This document shows positions 1-9,724 of a DNA stretch of 64,000 nt, piece after piece. The stretch is from a virus. The DNA lies in IMG/VR virus record IMGVR_UViG_3300024999_000065, positions 1 through 64,000 of that record; one strand, 5' to 3'. Within the stretch, counting starts at the first letter, position 1; each line of letters starts with the position of its first letter. Both the position numbers and the translations under genes were made by a program. Under the pieces are notes generated by a model, which ran no database searches, was not told the DNA's origin, and worked only from the letters and a program-made list of their open reading frames with translations.

Positions 1-463
1 CACCACCAAAAACTTCCTTCAAATACTCAATACTTTTTCCGTCTTTCATAAATTCATCAATCTTATTATTAAATTTCAACATATACTCATTAATTTTTTC
101 TAATTCACTTTCTGGGAATTCACTTACAATCTTGTCGAATACCTCTAAATTAATTAATGAATTCAACACACGAATCTGATATTCAAAATCATCAGTTTTA
201 GCAATTTCCACATTTGTAAATGTTTTTATTGCAAGTAGCATTAAATATGAAACTTTAACTGATTCATCTAAATCTTTTAAATTATCATAATTGCTAATAG
301 ATTCCATAATTAACGCATTTAACTTGGTAGGAAGAAACTTCTGATCCACCAATACTTCATAATCTTTTTTGTTGATATGAATATTTACTTTTTTCTGCAC
401 AAATAATTTTGATTGCTCCTGTAGGAGAATAGAAGAAGTTAATTGTTTGTTTGATTTTGCCAT
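1..463 (-). CDS. hypothetical protein, 3'-truncated by window edge (MAKSNKQLTSS...), tail-region gene
   Basis: ATG at 463 with GGAGG SD upstream; frame open to position 1; absent from the ORF track because it has no stop. Confidence 0.7.
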   Translation of the reverse strand, partial: MAKSNKQLTSSILLQEQSKLFVQKKVNIHINKKDYEVLVDQKFLPTKLNALIMESISNYDNLKDLDESVKVSYLMLLAIKTFTNVEIAKTDDFEYQIRVLNSLINLEVFDKIVSEFPESELEKINEYMLKFNNKIDEFMKDGKSIEYLKEVFGG

Positions 464-654
464 AATAGGGATACCTCCGTTTATTTTATTATATTTTGTT
501 TTTTGTTTTGTTTTTTTAAATTTTGTTTTATTTAATTATGTAAAATTATATTAATAACTATTTAACTTTCTTAACTTTTAATTCACTACATATAAAATTC
601 TGAATCTCTTCTTGAATTCTTCCTCCTAAATCGTCACAAAGTTAATAAATTATA

Positions 655-1095
655 TTAATATTCTATTAATAATTCTGTACGTGGACGTTCTTTGTCATAA
701 TCACCTCTAATAACTAATTCTTTTACATGAGTAAAATCATCATCTTTTAATAATCCACTTTTAACTAAACCATCTCCGATGAATTTGATCGTGTAATTAT
801 CAGCGTCCCTACGTTGCTTAGTTTTGAAATAATATGTTGCAATAATTCTACATTGAGAAATATTAGCATTAGTTAAATTATTTTCTTGAACTAGCCAAAT
901 TACAAATTCACACCATGCTTGTTTAACTGAATTTGCTTTTAGACGTACCATAACCGACCATTGGTTAAGTGACGGTGCAATAGGGGAGTCAATTGGAAAT
1001 TTACGTCTTTTAGGATATTTTTTAAAATAAAAGTCTTTATACTTATCTAACACATTATTATCTATAACTAATTTAATTTCTGGTATATTAATCAC
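655..1095 (-). CDS. rusA: RusA-family Holliday junction resolvase-like endonuclease
   Basis: RRDADNYxxK...DGL...DDD motif typical of RusA; 146 aa. Confidence 0.7.
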   Translation of the reverse strand: MINIPEIKLVIDNNVLDKYKDFYFKKYPKRRKFPIDSPIAPSLNQWSVMVRLKANSVKQAWCEFVIWLVQENNLTNANISQCRIIATYYFKTKQRRDADNYTIKFIGDGLVKSGLLKDDDFTHVKELVIRGDYDKERPRTELLIEY

Positions 1096-1149
1096 TCACT
1101 TTCTAAATTTATAAATTTTAAATCAATTATCAATTAAACTAAAAAACAC

Positions 1150-1178
1150 TTGACAAATCACTATCAATTATATATACT
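1150..1178 (+). promoter_or_regulatory. sigmaA-type promoter driving the CRISPR-repeat-like RNA
   Basis: TTGACA(1150-55)-17 bp-TATACT(1173-78). Confidence 0.75.
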
Positions 1179-1196
1179 AATACTTAATATCAGCAG

Positions 1197-1226
1197 GTTG
1201 TACTACTTCTCATAGGGAATTGAAAT
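1197..1226 (+). CRISPR. solitary CRISPR-repeat-like unit 1 (30 nt, GTTGTACTACTTCTCATAGGGAATTGAAAT); degenerate copy at about 1278-1307
   Basis: 30-nt GTT...ATTGAAAT architecture of Firmicute type I-B/III repeats; TACTTCyCATAGrGA shared with the degenerate copy. Confidence 0.55.
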
Positions 1227-1327
1227 ATCATCACATTAAACTATAAACACAATAATATTAACAAACATTTCAATCAACCTGCGATACTTCCCATAGAGAT
1301 TCTCAAAACTAAATAAAAGACTCTGCT

Positions 1328-1364
1328 AATTAAAATATCTTCCCGATAACAAGGGGATTGAAAC
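1328..1364 (+). CRISPR. solitary CRISPR-repeat-like unit 2 (about 37 nt, ...TCCCGATAACAAGGGGATTGAAAC)
   Basis: TCCC/GGGG hairpin immediately followed by the 8-nt ATTGAAAC handle, as in Cas6-processed repeats. Confidence 0.6.
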
Positions 1365-1478
1365 GAATTTTATTCATTTAAATTCTTTTAAAAAGATATT
1401 TTAATATTAAATAGCAGAGTTTTTTATTTGCTAAATGTTTCAGTTACAGTTATAATCCAATTAGAAAGGACAAGTATT

Positions 1479-1775
1479 ATGTCTAATAAATCTAATAACA
1501 TCTCCGACACTAACAATCTTAAACAATGCCTACATTGTGAAAAATCATTCGCTTCAATAATAACCAAACAAAAATATTGTTGTACTAAATGTAGAGATAT
1601 CATGAAACAAAGAAAATATAGATTACAAAGAAAATTAGAGGGTAGGTGTCCTCAATGTGGAAAAATGATGGATTATCCTGTTAGTAGACATAGAACGAAA
1701 GATAAAATTAGTTATTGTAGTAAGTGTAGAAAATATTTTAAAGAACATAGAGAGAATAAAGGAAATAAATGTTGA
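1479..1775 (+). CDS. small basic Zn-finger protein (several CxxC pairs)
   Basis: ATG 1479 with AAAGGA SD; own promoter TTGCTA(1428)-17-TATAAT(1451); CLHC, CCTKC, CPQC, CSKC. Confidence 0.65.
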   Translation: MSNKSNNISDTNNLKQCLHCEKSFASIITKQKYCCTKCRDIMKQRKYRLQRKLEGRCPQCGKMMDYPVSRHRTKDKISYCSKCRKYFKEHRENKGNKC

Positions 1776-2033
1776 ATTAAATTAACATTTATAAATTTTA
1801 AAAAATCACAAAAAATAAAACCCTTGAAATATAAGGGTTTGTTGACTATTAAATAATCATAAATTACCACAAAACAACGCTTTTGTTATGAAAAATGTAA
1901 AAAATAATTAAGTAGGAGAGATATTAAACTTCAATCCTACTTAATTATTAAATGAATAAAATGCAATTATTATATATGTAATATTCAATTGTATTATATT
2001 CAGTTCCCTAACTAACGCACCTTCGTTAGTTTG

Positions 2034-2264
2034 TTAACCTACCTGCCAATTTAGCACATCAGCATAATTCAATCCCCTTGCGATACACTCAGCCCGTAAC
2101 TCATCGTCCGTCAAAGGGGTTAAATTCTCAATTGGCACATTAGTTTTAATCAAATAACTAGTACAATCGTCACTAGGACAACCAACCCACGACATTCCGG
2201 ACGGAATATCTGGCACTAATGCTTCTTCTCCCATAATAGCCGGAACCACATAATAATAAGGCAT
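2034..2264 (-). CDS. hypothetical protein (fibre-associated small protein)
   Basis: ORF with GGAGG SD, abuts the upstream gene. Confidence 0.6.
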   Translation of the reverse strand: MPYYYVVPAIMGEEALVPDIPSGMSWVGCPSDDCTSYLIKTNVPIENLTPLTDDELRAECIARGLNYADVLNWQVG

Positions 2265-2882
2265 TTAAGCCACCTCCACTTTCAGATTATCCCATCGCTT
2301 ATCGGGTGCCGAGTTTGAAGAAGTGTTACCACTCCGCAAACCTACATAACTACCAGACAAGGTATTATTATTGGCAAAAACTGCCTGCACTTCGTCAATA
2401 TAAACAGTTATGATAGTTCCTATCGCTGATACTTTTAGGTTGTATGAATGCCCATCTACTGGGATAAAAGCATACGAACCTAAAGATGAGTAGGAAGCAC
2501 CATTCCATGAAAACAATGCTAGGCTTGTTGAATTTAATCTAGTTATATAATGCCTTGTATTTGCCTTGATTGCTTCACCATTTCCGCGAAAAACAAGTCC
2601 AGGGCTTGCGTTTGTCACCCATTTCACATCACAGGAAATAATAAAATCTAAAAGACCAGTAGGTATATAGACAAAAGAACCGCTAGAATCTGCCTCAGTT
2701 ATTACGTAGGCTTGATTACCTGATATACCATATACAGGAACCGTTGGCCCCGATTCACTAATAGGGGTCAAATAAACCTGTCCAGTATCAGCAGAACCTA
2801 AGTTATTCATATCATCCTGTCGGTTAAATCCGTCAAAAATCATAAGACGTTTTCTAAGTAAGAGTAAATCGCTCATAGTCAC
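2265..2882 (-). CDS. beta-sandwich/lectin-like virion or receptor-binding accessory protein
   Basis: beta-rich G/S/T sequence with DGFNR...LGxADTG N-terminus and ...DNLKVE C-terminus. Confidence 0.5.
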   Translation of the reverse strand: MTMSDLLLLRKRLMIFDGFNRQDDMNNLGSADTGQVYLTPISESGPTVPVYGISGNQAYVITEADSSGSFVYIPTGLLDFIISCDVKWVTNASPGLVFRGNGEAIKANTRHYITRLNSTSLALFSWNGASYSSLGSYAFIPVDGHSYNLKVSAIGTIITVYIDEVQAVFANNNTLSGSYVGLRSGNTSSNSAPDKRWDNLKVEVA

Positions 2883-2884
2883 AC

Positions 2885-3565
2885 CTACGCCTTCAACATG
2901 ACTTTGATTGTTCTTGCAGTGACCTGAGCAACAGATGCCTCTAAAGATAAGAAGTGAACCCCTGCTATTTTCAGTGCATGAATATCAACACTGTAAATTT
3001 CGTCAACCGCCACAGTCATAACAGGGAAGGGAACACCAGCATCATTTTTAATTACTCTTTTAGTGCCACTTGCAACAGCAGAACCTTTTATGGTTAACGT
3101 GGCTGCTGTCCATTCAGACGGCATTAAAAAGGACAGGTATTTATGCTTTTGAAAATCAATTTCTGATGAAAGGGTTCCATCCTGCGCTATAACTGCATCT
3201 ACCACAACATAACTACCAGTTAGTTTCATACTACCAGGACTAGCATCAGTGAATATCTCATTCCCACTTGCATTTTTATTCACTATACCATTAGTTGTTC
3301 CACCTGTAGTTTGATCAATTCCAAACTTACCAACAATATCACTACCTGCAATTAAACTAGGTAAACTTGTTACACCTACATCACTTAATTTATCAACTAC
3401 ATCTGCTAATGTTTTAACCGTTTCTCCAGTTTTTGTAATTGCATCTCTTAATGCAGATAATGCAATATCAATATTAGCATTAGTTACAGCAGGAATATTT
3501 GTTACTTCTGTTCTTAGAGAATTTGTTCCTCCAGATAATAAATCTGTTAAAGGAATATTTGCCAA
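2885..3565 (-). CDS. virion structural protein, apparently chimeric at KLTGS
   Basis: T/S/G-rich ORF with SD; composition shift at about 3220. Confidence 0.55.
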   Translation of the reverse strand: MANIPLTDLLSGGTNSLRTEVTNIPAVTNANIDIALSALRDAITKTGETVKTLADVVDKLSDVGVTSLPSLIAGSDIVGKFGIDQTTGGTTNGIVNKNASGNEIFTDASPGSMKLTGSYVVVDAVIAQDGTLSSEIDFQKHKYLSFLMPSEWTAATLTIKGSAVASGTKRVIKNDAGVPFPVMTVAVDEIYSVDIHALKIAGVHFLSLEASVAQVTARTIKVMLKA

Positions 3566-3663
3566 ATAAATTCACCTTCCTTAATATAATTTAGTAGTTA
3601 TTACAGATTAAAATATTTAAAATTATTTAATATAATAAATAATTATTTTAATATTTTAAATTT

Positions 3664-3834
3664 CTATATCCAAACTCTATTAATATCAGTATTAATGTTA
3701 ATGTTAAAAAGCAAGTTAAATAATCCACCAATTGACATATTATTGATTGGAGTGGTAGTATTAATAAGATTATTTATATTTATACTTTGAGTTGGATTTA
3801 TTTGTTCATTATTTCCTAACCAAACGTAATTCAT
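3664..3834 (-). CDS. hypothetical small Asn-rich protein
   Basis: GAGGTG SD 9 nt before ATG 3834. Confidence 0.4.
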   Translation of the reverse strand: MNYVWLGNNEQINPTQSININNLINTTTPINNMSIGGLFNLLFNININTDINRVWI

Positions 3835-3937
3835 AGGGAATATCACCTCGTTTAGATATTATAAAATTAATTAATCCAATACTCTATATTGGCATAATTA
3901 CAAAATACAAACTTTATTTGGTTATTGGTTATTTGAA

Positions 3938-5107
3938 TTACTTCAATTGCTTTACTTCAATTCTAAATGACTCAAATTGTAACTCAGGCGTTCCAGTATG
4001 AGAAACGCATTTAAAATTTAAATTAGTATCAACTGTTGGTGTGTAAAATCCACCTGCTACTGGTTGTGAACCTGCATTACCTGTAAAAGTTGTTGTATAA
4101 GATATCCCGTGTGCTAACGAAGAAATTTCTGCACCTCCGCTTACATTAACAAAAGCAAATCTTGCTCCAGAACTACCCGAAGCTACAATTTGTGTGAACG
4201 CACGTAATTCATAAGTTCTCCCCGCCTTCAAAGGTATATTGGGTGATGTTACTGTACCCATGTTAAAGTTATCTCCAACAACAAAGGCTATTATTGTTCC
4301 AGTTGTTACACCACTATTTACCGTTTTATATCCAGACATGTATCCTAGTCCACTTGTCTGTTGCCATGAACCTGTCGCTTTTGACCACGCAACTTGCGTT
4401 TCTGTAGTAATTCCAACTGAAACGGTTATACTTGCTTGTGCATATGATTGGAATTTACTCCAAGCCGAACCATCGAATAATGCGATATCTCCTAATGATA
4501 TTCCAATTGGTAATCCATCTGATGGAGGAATTGTTATAAAAATATAATACCCTGCAACTGTTGGTTTTGGTAATGATAGATTCTGTACGGAAGTAATGAC
4601 TGGATTTGTTATAGTACGTTTTTGCGTTTCTACCGAATAAGTAACTCCTTGTGCCAAAATCTTATAAGTTGCTTCACCACCATCAAAAATTGGTGATGTA
4701 ATCGTATTCGGAGCAACATAAGTCCCACTTGAAGGAGCTGTATTTGCATTTGCAACAACGCAGTATTTATTTATATATGTACTTCCAGTTTGACTTATTT
4801 CTGCTACTAATGAGTTCCAATCATCAAAATAGAATGTACTCGTACTTGTGTTAACCCATGTCGCTGTAGTTGTGTCTGAGAAAACACAAGTAAATGTTAC
4901 CCCACTTACTGTATTTAGCCATGTTGAGCTTTCAAGATATCCGTCTGTTGCATTGTCATTTATAGTGGGGTCTGTTGTAGCTGTTAGATTATTAATTGGC
5001 GATGCTGAATAATATCTAACCCAAGATTGTGTTGAACCAACATAAATATATGTTATTCCATTATTTATTGCTTTATCTCCATCGACTGGACTTACTGGAA
5101 ATGCCAT
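3938..5107 (-). CDS. tail fibre/virion accessory protein
   Basis: start MAFPVSP at 5107 with GGAGG SD; T/S/G-rich, DPTINDN...GY...S.W.NT fibre-like motif. Confidence 0.55.
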   Translation of the reverse strand: MAFPVSPVDGDKAINNGITYIYVGSTQSWVRYYSASPINNLTATTDPTINDNATDGYLESSTWLNTVSGVTFTCVFSDTTTATWVNTSTSTFYFDDWNSLVAEISQTGSTYINKYCVVANANTAPSSGTYVAPNTITSPIFDGGEATYKILAQGVTYSVETQKRTITNPVITSVQNLSLPKPTVAGYYIFITIPPSDGLPIGISLGDIALFDGSAWSKFQSYAQASITVSVGITTETQVAWSKATGSWQQTSGLGYMSGYKTVNSGVTTGTIIAFVVGDNFNMGTVTSPNIPLKAGRTYELRAFTQIVASGSSGARFAFVNVSGGAEISSLAHGISYTTTFTGNAGSQPVAGGFYTPTVDTNLNFKCVSHTGTPELQFESFRIEVKQLK

Positions 5108-5135
5108 ATTAAATTCCTCCTGTTTATCTTTATTG

Positions 5136-6440
5136 TTAGATTTGATACCACACAGAATCATAGACCATCACGCATTGTTGAGTTGTATCGTAAACCATCT
5201 CTCCACCAGATAATCCAGTTAATGCATTTCTTTCAGTTGACGTTAAGTTAGGTAATTTAAAACAATTATCTACTACAAATTTATTATTTATAGTATCGGT
5301 ATGAGCAACCAATGCAACACCATCATTTTTATACAAACCAAAAGAATTTGTACTATCAGTCGATGGTTTTATTTTATTAGCAATTACTACATTGTTGGTT
5401 TTATCAACATCTAATATTACTGTTACACCATCGGCATTATATTCTGGAAGATGGTCATAAATACCATTGTGGCCTGCGGTAAGACCTGTTAATCCAGAAT
5501 GGGTAGTAGTTGTACTAGGTGTATAAGTTGTTGCCCATGCACTATCTATTTGTACGGCATTTTGTGATCCCTTCAATATAATTATTCTACCAATAAGCAT
5601 AGCATTTGTTGATAAAGTTGATGGGGCGTTAGGAGGTTGTGCTGTTTTAGCTTGATTTAAGTCATAATCACCTGTACCTAATAATATAATAATATTTTCT
5701 GCATTAATTCCCATTCCTCTATATATCCAATTGACAGCATAATTTCCATCAGTAAGTGTTGTTAATCCTGTCCCTGTATTATATTGTGAATTATTGTAAG
5801 CAGTAACTACTGAACTAACCCAATCTCCATTAACATCTGTAACTACTTGTTCACAATGATTTGTAACTGAATCAACTTGAATTCTTGAATTTCTATATGA
5901 ACCTTGCCATACTGCACCAGGAGATATAATTATTTTTCTCCCTGTATCTTCGCTTAAATTTAATCCTGATACTCTTTCAAATCTACGTGTTTCCATATCT
6001 CTGCGAAGTATTTTATTGCTTAAACCAAGCCCTGGTTCATCCCAATCAAGAATATCAACATTTGTATCACCTGATCTACTACAAGTATAAACAACTACAT
6101 TATTTGAAAAATTTACAGTTGATAAGTCTGTAGTAACCGAATATTGGGGAGTGCCAGAATTATAATTTGCAACTATATATGAAGTTATTTGATCTGGTAT
6201 ACTTAATGTGACTCCTGCAATTGTATGTTCACTTACTTCACCAGAATAATTTGCTGTATGAAAAAATCTATATTCACCAGTTGCATCAATTGTTACTGTT
6301 CCACCAGCGTTATATGTAATTGTTGGTTTTATTACTGTACCAGAACCAATTAATAAACCTGAACCTGTTGGACTAACAAATGATGCACCTTGTGAGGCTA
6401 ATTCTCTTGCAATTAAATCTACTGTATTATTTAAAGGCAT
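5136..6440 (-). CDS. tail fibre/virion accessory protein
   Basis: 434 aa T/G/N-rich; C-terminal LPNLTSTERNAL...GEMVYDT motif seen in fibre proteins. Confidence 0.55.
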   Translation of the reverse strand: MPLNNTVDLIARELASQGASFVSPTGSGLLIGSGTVIKPTITYNAGGTVTIDATGEYRFFHTANYSGEVSEHTIAGVTLSIPDQITSYIVANYNSGTPQYSVTTDLSTVNFSNNVVVYTCSRSGDTNVDILDWDEPGLGLSNKILRRDMETRRFERVSGLNLSEDTGRKIIISPGAVWQGSYRNSRIQVDSVTNHCEQVVTDVNGDWVSSVVTAYNNSQYNTGTGLTTLTDGNYAVNWIYRGMGINAENIIILLGTGDYDLNQAKTAQPPNAPSTLSTNAMLIGRIIILKGSQNAVQIDSAWATTYTPSTTTTHSGLTGLTAGHNGIYDHLPEYNADGVTVILDVDKTNNVVIANKIKPSTDSTNSFGLYKNDGVALVAHTDTINNKFVVDNCFKLPNLTSTERNALTGLSGGEMVYDTTQQCVMVYDSVWYQI

Positions 6441-6538
6441 TTATACCCCCTCCGTTACTAATAAAGTTACATATATATTATTTTTAAGTATTATCATTAA
6501 TTTACCATTATATTTTTAATATAATTAAAATATTTATA

Positions 6539-7738
6539 TTAATTTAATTCTTTCTCTAATATCTCTTCAATATTGTCAAAATCCCAATACCATATAATCA
6601 ATAAACTTATATTATTATTGTGTGCATATTCACATTTACGTCTATCATGTTCAATTTGTTTTTCAAAATCTTTTATAGATTTATGAAATATACCAGGTAT
6701 ATACCTTTCATGTTGCTCTCCATGATATTCAACAAGTAAATTATATTTTGGTATGTAAAAATCATATGATAGTTTTTTATTACCTACCCCAACAAGACCA
6801 TTAAATTTTTTCTGTGGAATTAAATATTTTTTATTATATTTATTTTTATCAATTAACTGTTCAAATTCTTGTTGTGATATTTTAATCCAATTATTATTAA
6901 TTAAAATTAAACTAATTTTCTTTTCTCCTTTTGATTCTGCACATTCTGGACATCCTGTGTGGGGTTTACTATTTCTACTAGAAATATATGTTTTCCATTC
7001 ATGCCCACACTCTTTACATTTCCACCAAACTTTTTTACCACTATTTGGACAATATTCTTCTGGTTTCTTTATATTCTTTTCATAATCCCATTCTTTACAT
7101 AATTCAGGATTAATAACTAATAAATTATAATCTTCGGAAGGTAATTGTCCTGAACAATAAGGGCATCCATTATTACTATTTGTTCTAGAATTTATACTAA
7201 CATACCATTCATGTTTATGATTTTTATTACATTGCCACCATACGTGTTTACCACTTCCATGTGTAACATCCCAAGGTGTTAAATCACCATTTTTTCTGGG
7301 ATGCCATTCAGTAGCAATATCTGGAAATTTAGTTGCTAAACAATTAGAAATACCTACTTGTCTACCAGCGCAATATCCACAACCATAACCATTTAAAATA
7401 CTCCTATATGATATATTAAGAAATTCTCCACATTCTTCTTTTAAACATTTCCATTTTAAATTTTCTTTTGCATTAATATATGTGTCACTTAATAATTCAA
7501 ACGGTTTATTATTTAACTTTAACCAAAGTTTTATATTTTGAATTGTATATGGATTAGATTTATGAAATTTCATTGGTTTATAACCTTGTTGTAAACTATT
7601 TGATTTAATAATATAATAATAACCATTATAATCTTTTAAAATTAATTTAGAACGATTATTTTTATATTCTTTACTAATTAATTCATAACCTAAATTTTCA
7701 ACAAATTCTTTGATTTCTTGATACGTACATTTTTTCAT
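6539..7738 (-). CDS. homing-endonuclease-like protein (zinc-ribbon repeats plus C-terminal Vsr/PD-(D/E)xK-like nuclease)
   Basis: repeated EW...KVWWKC..CGHEW...GCPxC; SKGE...YDFY...EYHGEQH...D..K motif. Confidence 0.7.
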   Translation of the reverse strand: MKKCTYQEIKEFVENLGYELISKEYKNNRSKLILKDYNGYYYIIKSNSLQQGYKPMKFHKSNPYTIQNIKLWLKLNNKPFELLSDTYINAKENLKWKCLKEECGEFLNISYRSILNGYGCGYCAGRQVGISNCLATKFPDIATEWHPRKNGDLTPWDVTHGSGKHVWWQCNKNHKHEWYVSINSRTNSNNGCPYCSGQLPSEDYNLLVINPELCKEWDYEKNIKKPEEYCPNSGKKVWWKCKECGHEWKTYISSRNSKPHTGCPECAESKGEKKISLILINNNWIKISQQEFEQLIDKNKYNKKYLIPQKKFNGLVGVGNKKLSYDFYIPKYNLLVEYHGEQHERYIPGIFHKSIKDFEKQIEHDRRKCEYAHNNNISLLIIWYWDFDNIEEILEKELN

Positions 7739-7744
7739 TAAAAA

Positions 7745-8299
7745 TTAAACACCTTCTGTAACTAATAAATTTTTAGTTTCTCCAACCACATTATGGATAG
7801 CATTAATTGCCTGAGTTGATATAATCCAAGGATTTTGTTCATAACTGCAATTACTAGAATTTATAGGAATACCTTCACCAATCACAGCATCAGTTCCAAA
7901 TGAAACATAAACATTTGTATCACTATCGTTAACTATAAGTAAATATTTTCTATTAGAATTAGCAGGAAGGACAATAGTAGATGTAGTGGATACTGCGATG
8001 GTTGTATGAGTAAGAGTTAGATTTGGAAATGCTGCTATTACTGTGCGTTGAACACCTAAACCTTGAGGATCTTTTTCGTATGATTGTTCTACAGTCGTAC
8101 CGTCTATAGCAATACCTTTTTGTACTGTGTTTATGGAGGTTTCATCTGGTTCCCATGTTGTGCCATTAAAAAGAAATTCATCACCTGTGTCTAATTCTAT
8201 AAATTTGTCACCGATATCAGTTTTGGTAGGTTTTGAATCTGTGGATAAACCATAGTAGTGTTGTATGTGTTTGTAGTGAGATGTGCTTCTAATTGTCAT
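7745..8299 (-). CDS. hypothetical virion protein
   Basis: YYGLSTDSKPT...GDKFIELDTG N-terminal motif; beta-rich C-terminus. Confidence 0.6.
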   Translation of the reverse strand: MTIRSTSHYKHIQHYYGLSTDSKPTKTDIGDKFIELDTGDEFLFNGTTWEPDETSINTVQKGIAIDGTTVEQSYEKDPQGLGVQRTVIAAFPNLTLTHTTIAVSTTSTIVLPANSNRKYLLIVNDSDTNVYVSFGTDAVIGEGIPINSSNCSYEQNPWIISTQAINAIHNVVGETKNLLVTEGV

Positions 8300-8500
8300 G
8301 TGAATTTATCACCTTCTTTTTTAATTGTTTGTTATGGGCAAAAATAAAAACCCTTATAGATAAAGAGTTTGTGGGATTGAATATTATTATCAAAGCCAAG
8401 TTTGATTAAAATTTTGGTTTTTAAAAAATAGAGAAAAGGTGAAGGTTCTTATCAATTAATTAATTACTCCAACCTATCCCTATTTATCTATATAATTATA

Positions 8501-8839
8501 TTACTTATTATTTTTTTTATATTTGTTATATAACACTGCAAATGTTTTGCCTTTATTATATTCATTTATAACTTGATTTTCAATAATTTCATCTAATCTA
8601 AATATTAAATTCTGGTCAATAATACCATTAGGAGTAAAATCAGTAATTTGTTGCAATTTAATGATTGCATTTTTGGTTTCATCATTATATAAACCATTTA
8701 CATCTAATGGATTATCATTAATTTTAATTTGATTAAGTTTTTCTTGTATTTCTAAAACAAGAGGAAAAGGTTTTTGTTTAGCTTTTATTTCAATTGGTTT
8801 TAATTGTTTTTCTAATACTTCTTTTCCTTTGTCAATCAT
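8501..8839 (-). CDS. peptidoglycan-binding-domain protein
   Basis: IQEKLN...LDVNGLYNDETKNAIIKLQ...NGIID resembles PG_binding_1. Confidence 0.55.
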   Translation of the reverse strand: MIDKGKEVLEKQLKPIEIKAKQKPFPLVLEIQEKLNQIKINDNPLDVNGLYNDETKNAIIKLQQITDFTPNGIIDQNLIFRLDEIIENQVINEYNKGKTFAVLYNKYKKNNK

Positions 8840-8942
8840 TATTATTCACCACCTTTTAAATATTTAAGAAAAGAGGAATAAAAATCATAACTATTTAAAT
8901 CCTCTTTTCTTAATAATACTTAATATTTATTTTAATAAAGAG

Positions 8943-9659
8943 TTAACTCCGTGGGACTTCAATAACTTTCCCAATTACTGATGAACCGGAAGCAACTAAC
9001 GCACGTAATTTAATCTCAGGTGCAATTGGATTGCCATTTTCAAAAGATAAATCAAAATTATCATCAGGTAAAGTTTTATTAAATACAAAGTATATATCAT
9101 TTTTAATTGCATTAGTCTCAATATTATATTCAATTGTTCTATATTCACAGTAATATGCTTCTGAGAATTTAGCGGAATCAATAGATAGTGTATTGCCTGT
9201 TACATCTGCTTGATATAAACAAGTGTAGTATGCTCCACTAGTACCACCAGCAAATGTAACTGTTCCAGTTAAATATGTGCCAGCATATTGCGTACCATCT
9301 GCAGCAATAACTTTAATAATACCACCAGTTTTGGGAGTCCCAATAATTGTAACAGTAGTGCCATTAGATGAGAGTAAATTTTCTTCTTTTTTAAATACTG
9401 TACTAGTTGCTGAAGACCAAGAAGTACCACTTACTAATTCTAAATAATCTGAATCAAATACAGCATTCCGTACAGTTAATTCAACATCTTTCTCATTTTT
9501 AACTATACTTAATAATTTAGAACCAATGCCACCTCTAATATCCTGTGCATTAACTTTTTGAGAAAAACTAGACATTTGTGCTTCACCAGTAAATACAATT
9601 TTATCATCAGAAATTCTACGTAATAAACAGTCACAAACATCTGAAATTATAGTTTTCAT
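8943..9659 (-). CDS. major tail tube protein (SPbeta YomU-like), copy 1
   Basis: position in neck/tail module; paralog of 9725..10558 (DIRGGIGS, FDLSFENG). Confidence 0.6.
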   Translation of the reverse strand: MKTIISDVCDCLLRRISDDKIVFTGEAQMSSFSQKVNAQDIRGGIGSKLLSIVKNEKDVELTVRNAVFDSDYLELVSGTSWSSATSTVFKKEENLLSSNGTTVTIIGTPKTGGIIKVIAADGTQYAGTYLTGTVTFAGGTSGAYYTCLYQADVTGNTLSIDSAKFSEAYYCEYRTIEYNIETNAIKNDIYFVFNKTLPDDNFDLSFENGNPIAPEIKLRALVASGSSVIGKVIEVPRS

Positions 9660-9724
9660 GTTATAAATTCCTCCTATTTATTATATTTATAAAATAAAAA
9701 ATACCTATATTTTATAGGTATTAA

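Larger units (their letters stand above)
1185..1428 (+). ncRNA. putative structured ncRNA carrying two CRISPR-repeat-like units (candidate RNA anti-CRISPR / mini-array)
   Basis: promoter upstream, no ORF, two ATTGAAA(T/C)-ending repeat-like elements, long closing stems, terminal T-run. Confidence 0.55.

Noticed and set aside
2034-6440. Diversity-generating retroelement acting on fibre genes
   Set aside because: No reverse transcriptase and no template/variable repeat pair seen in the window
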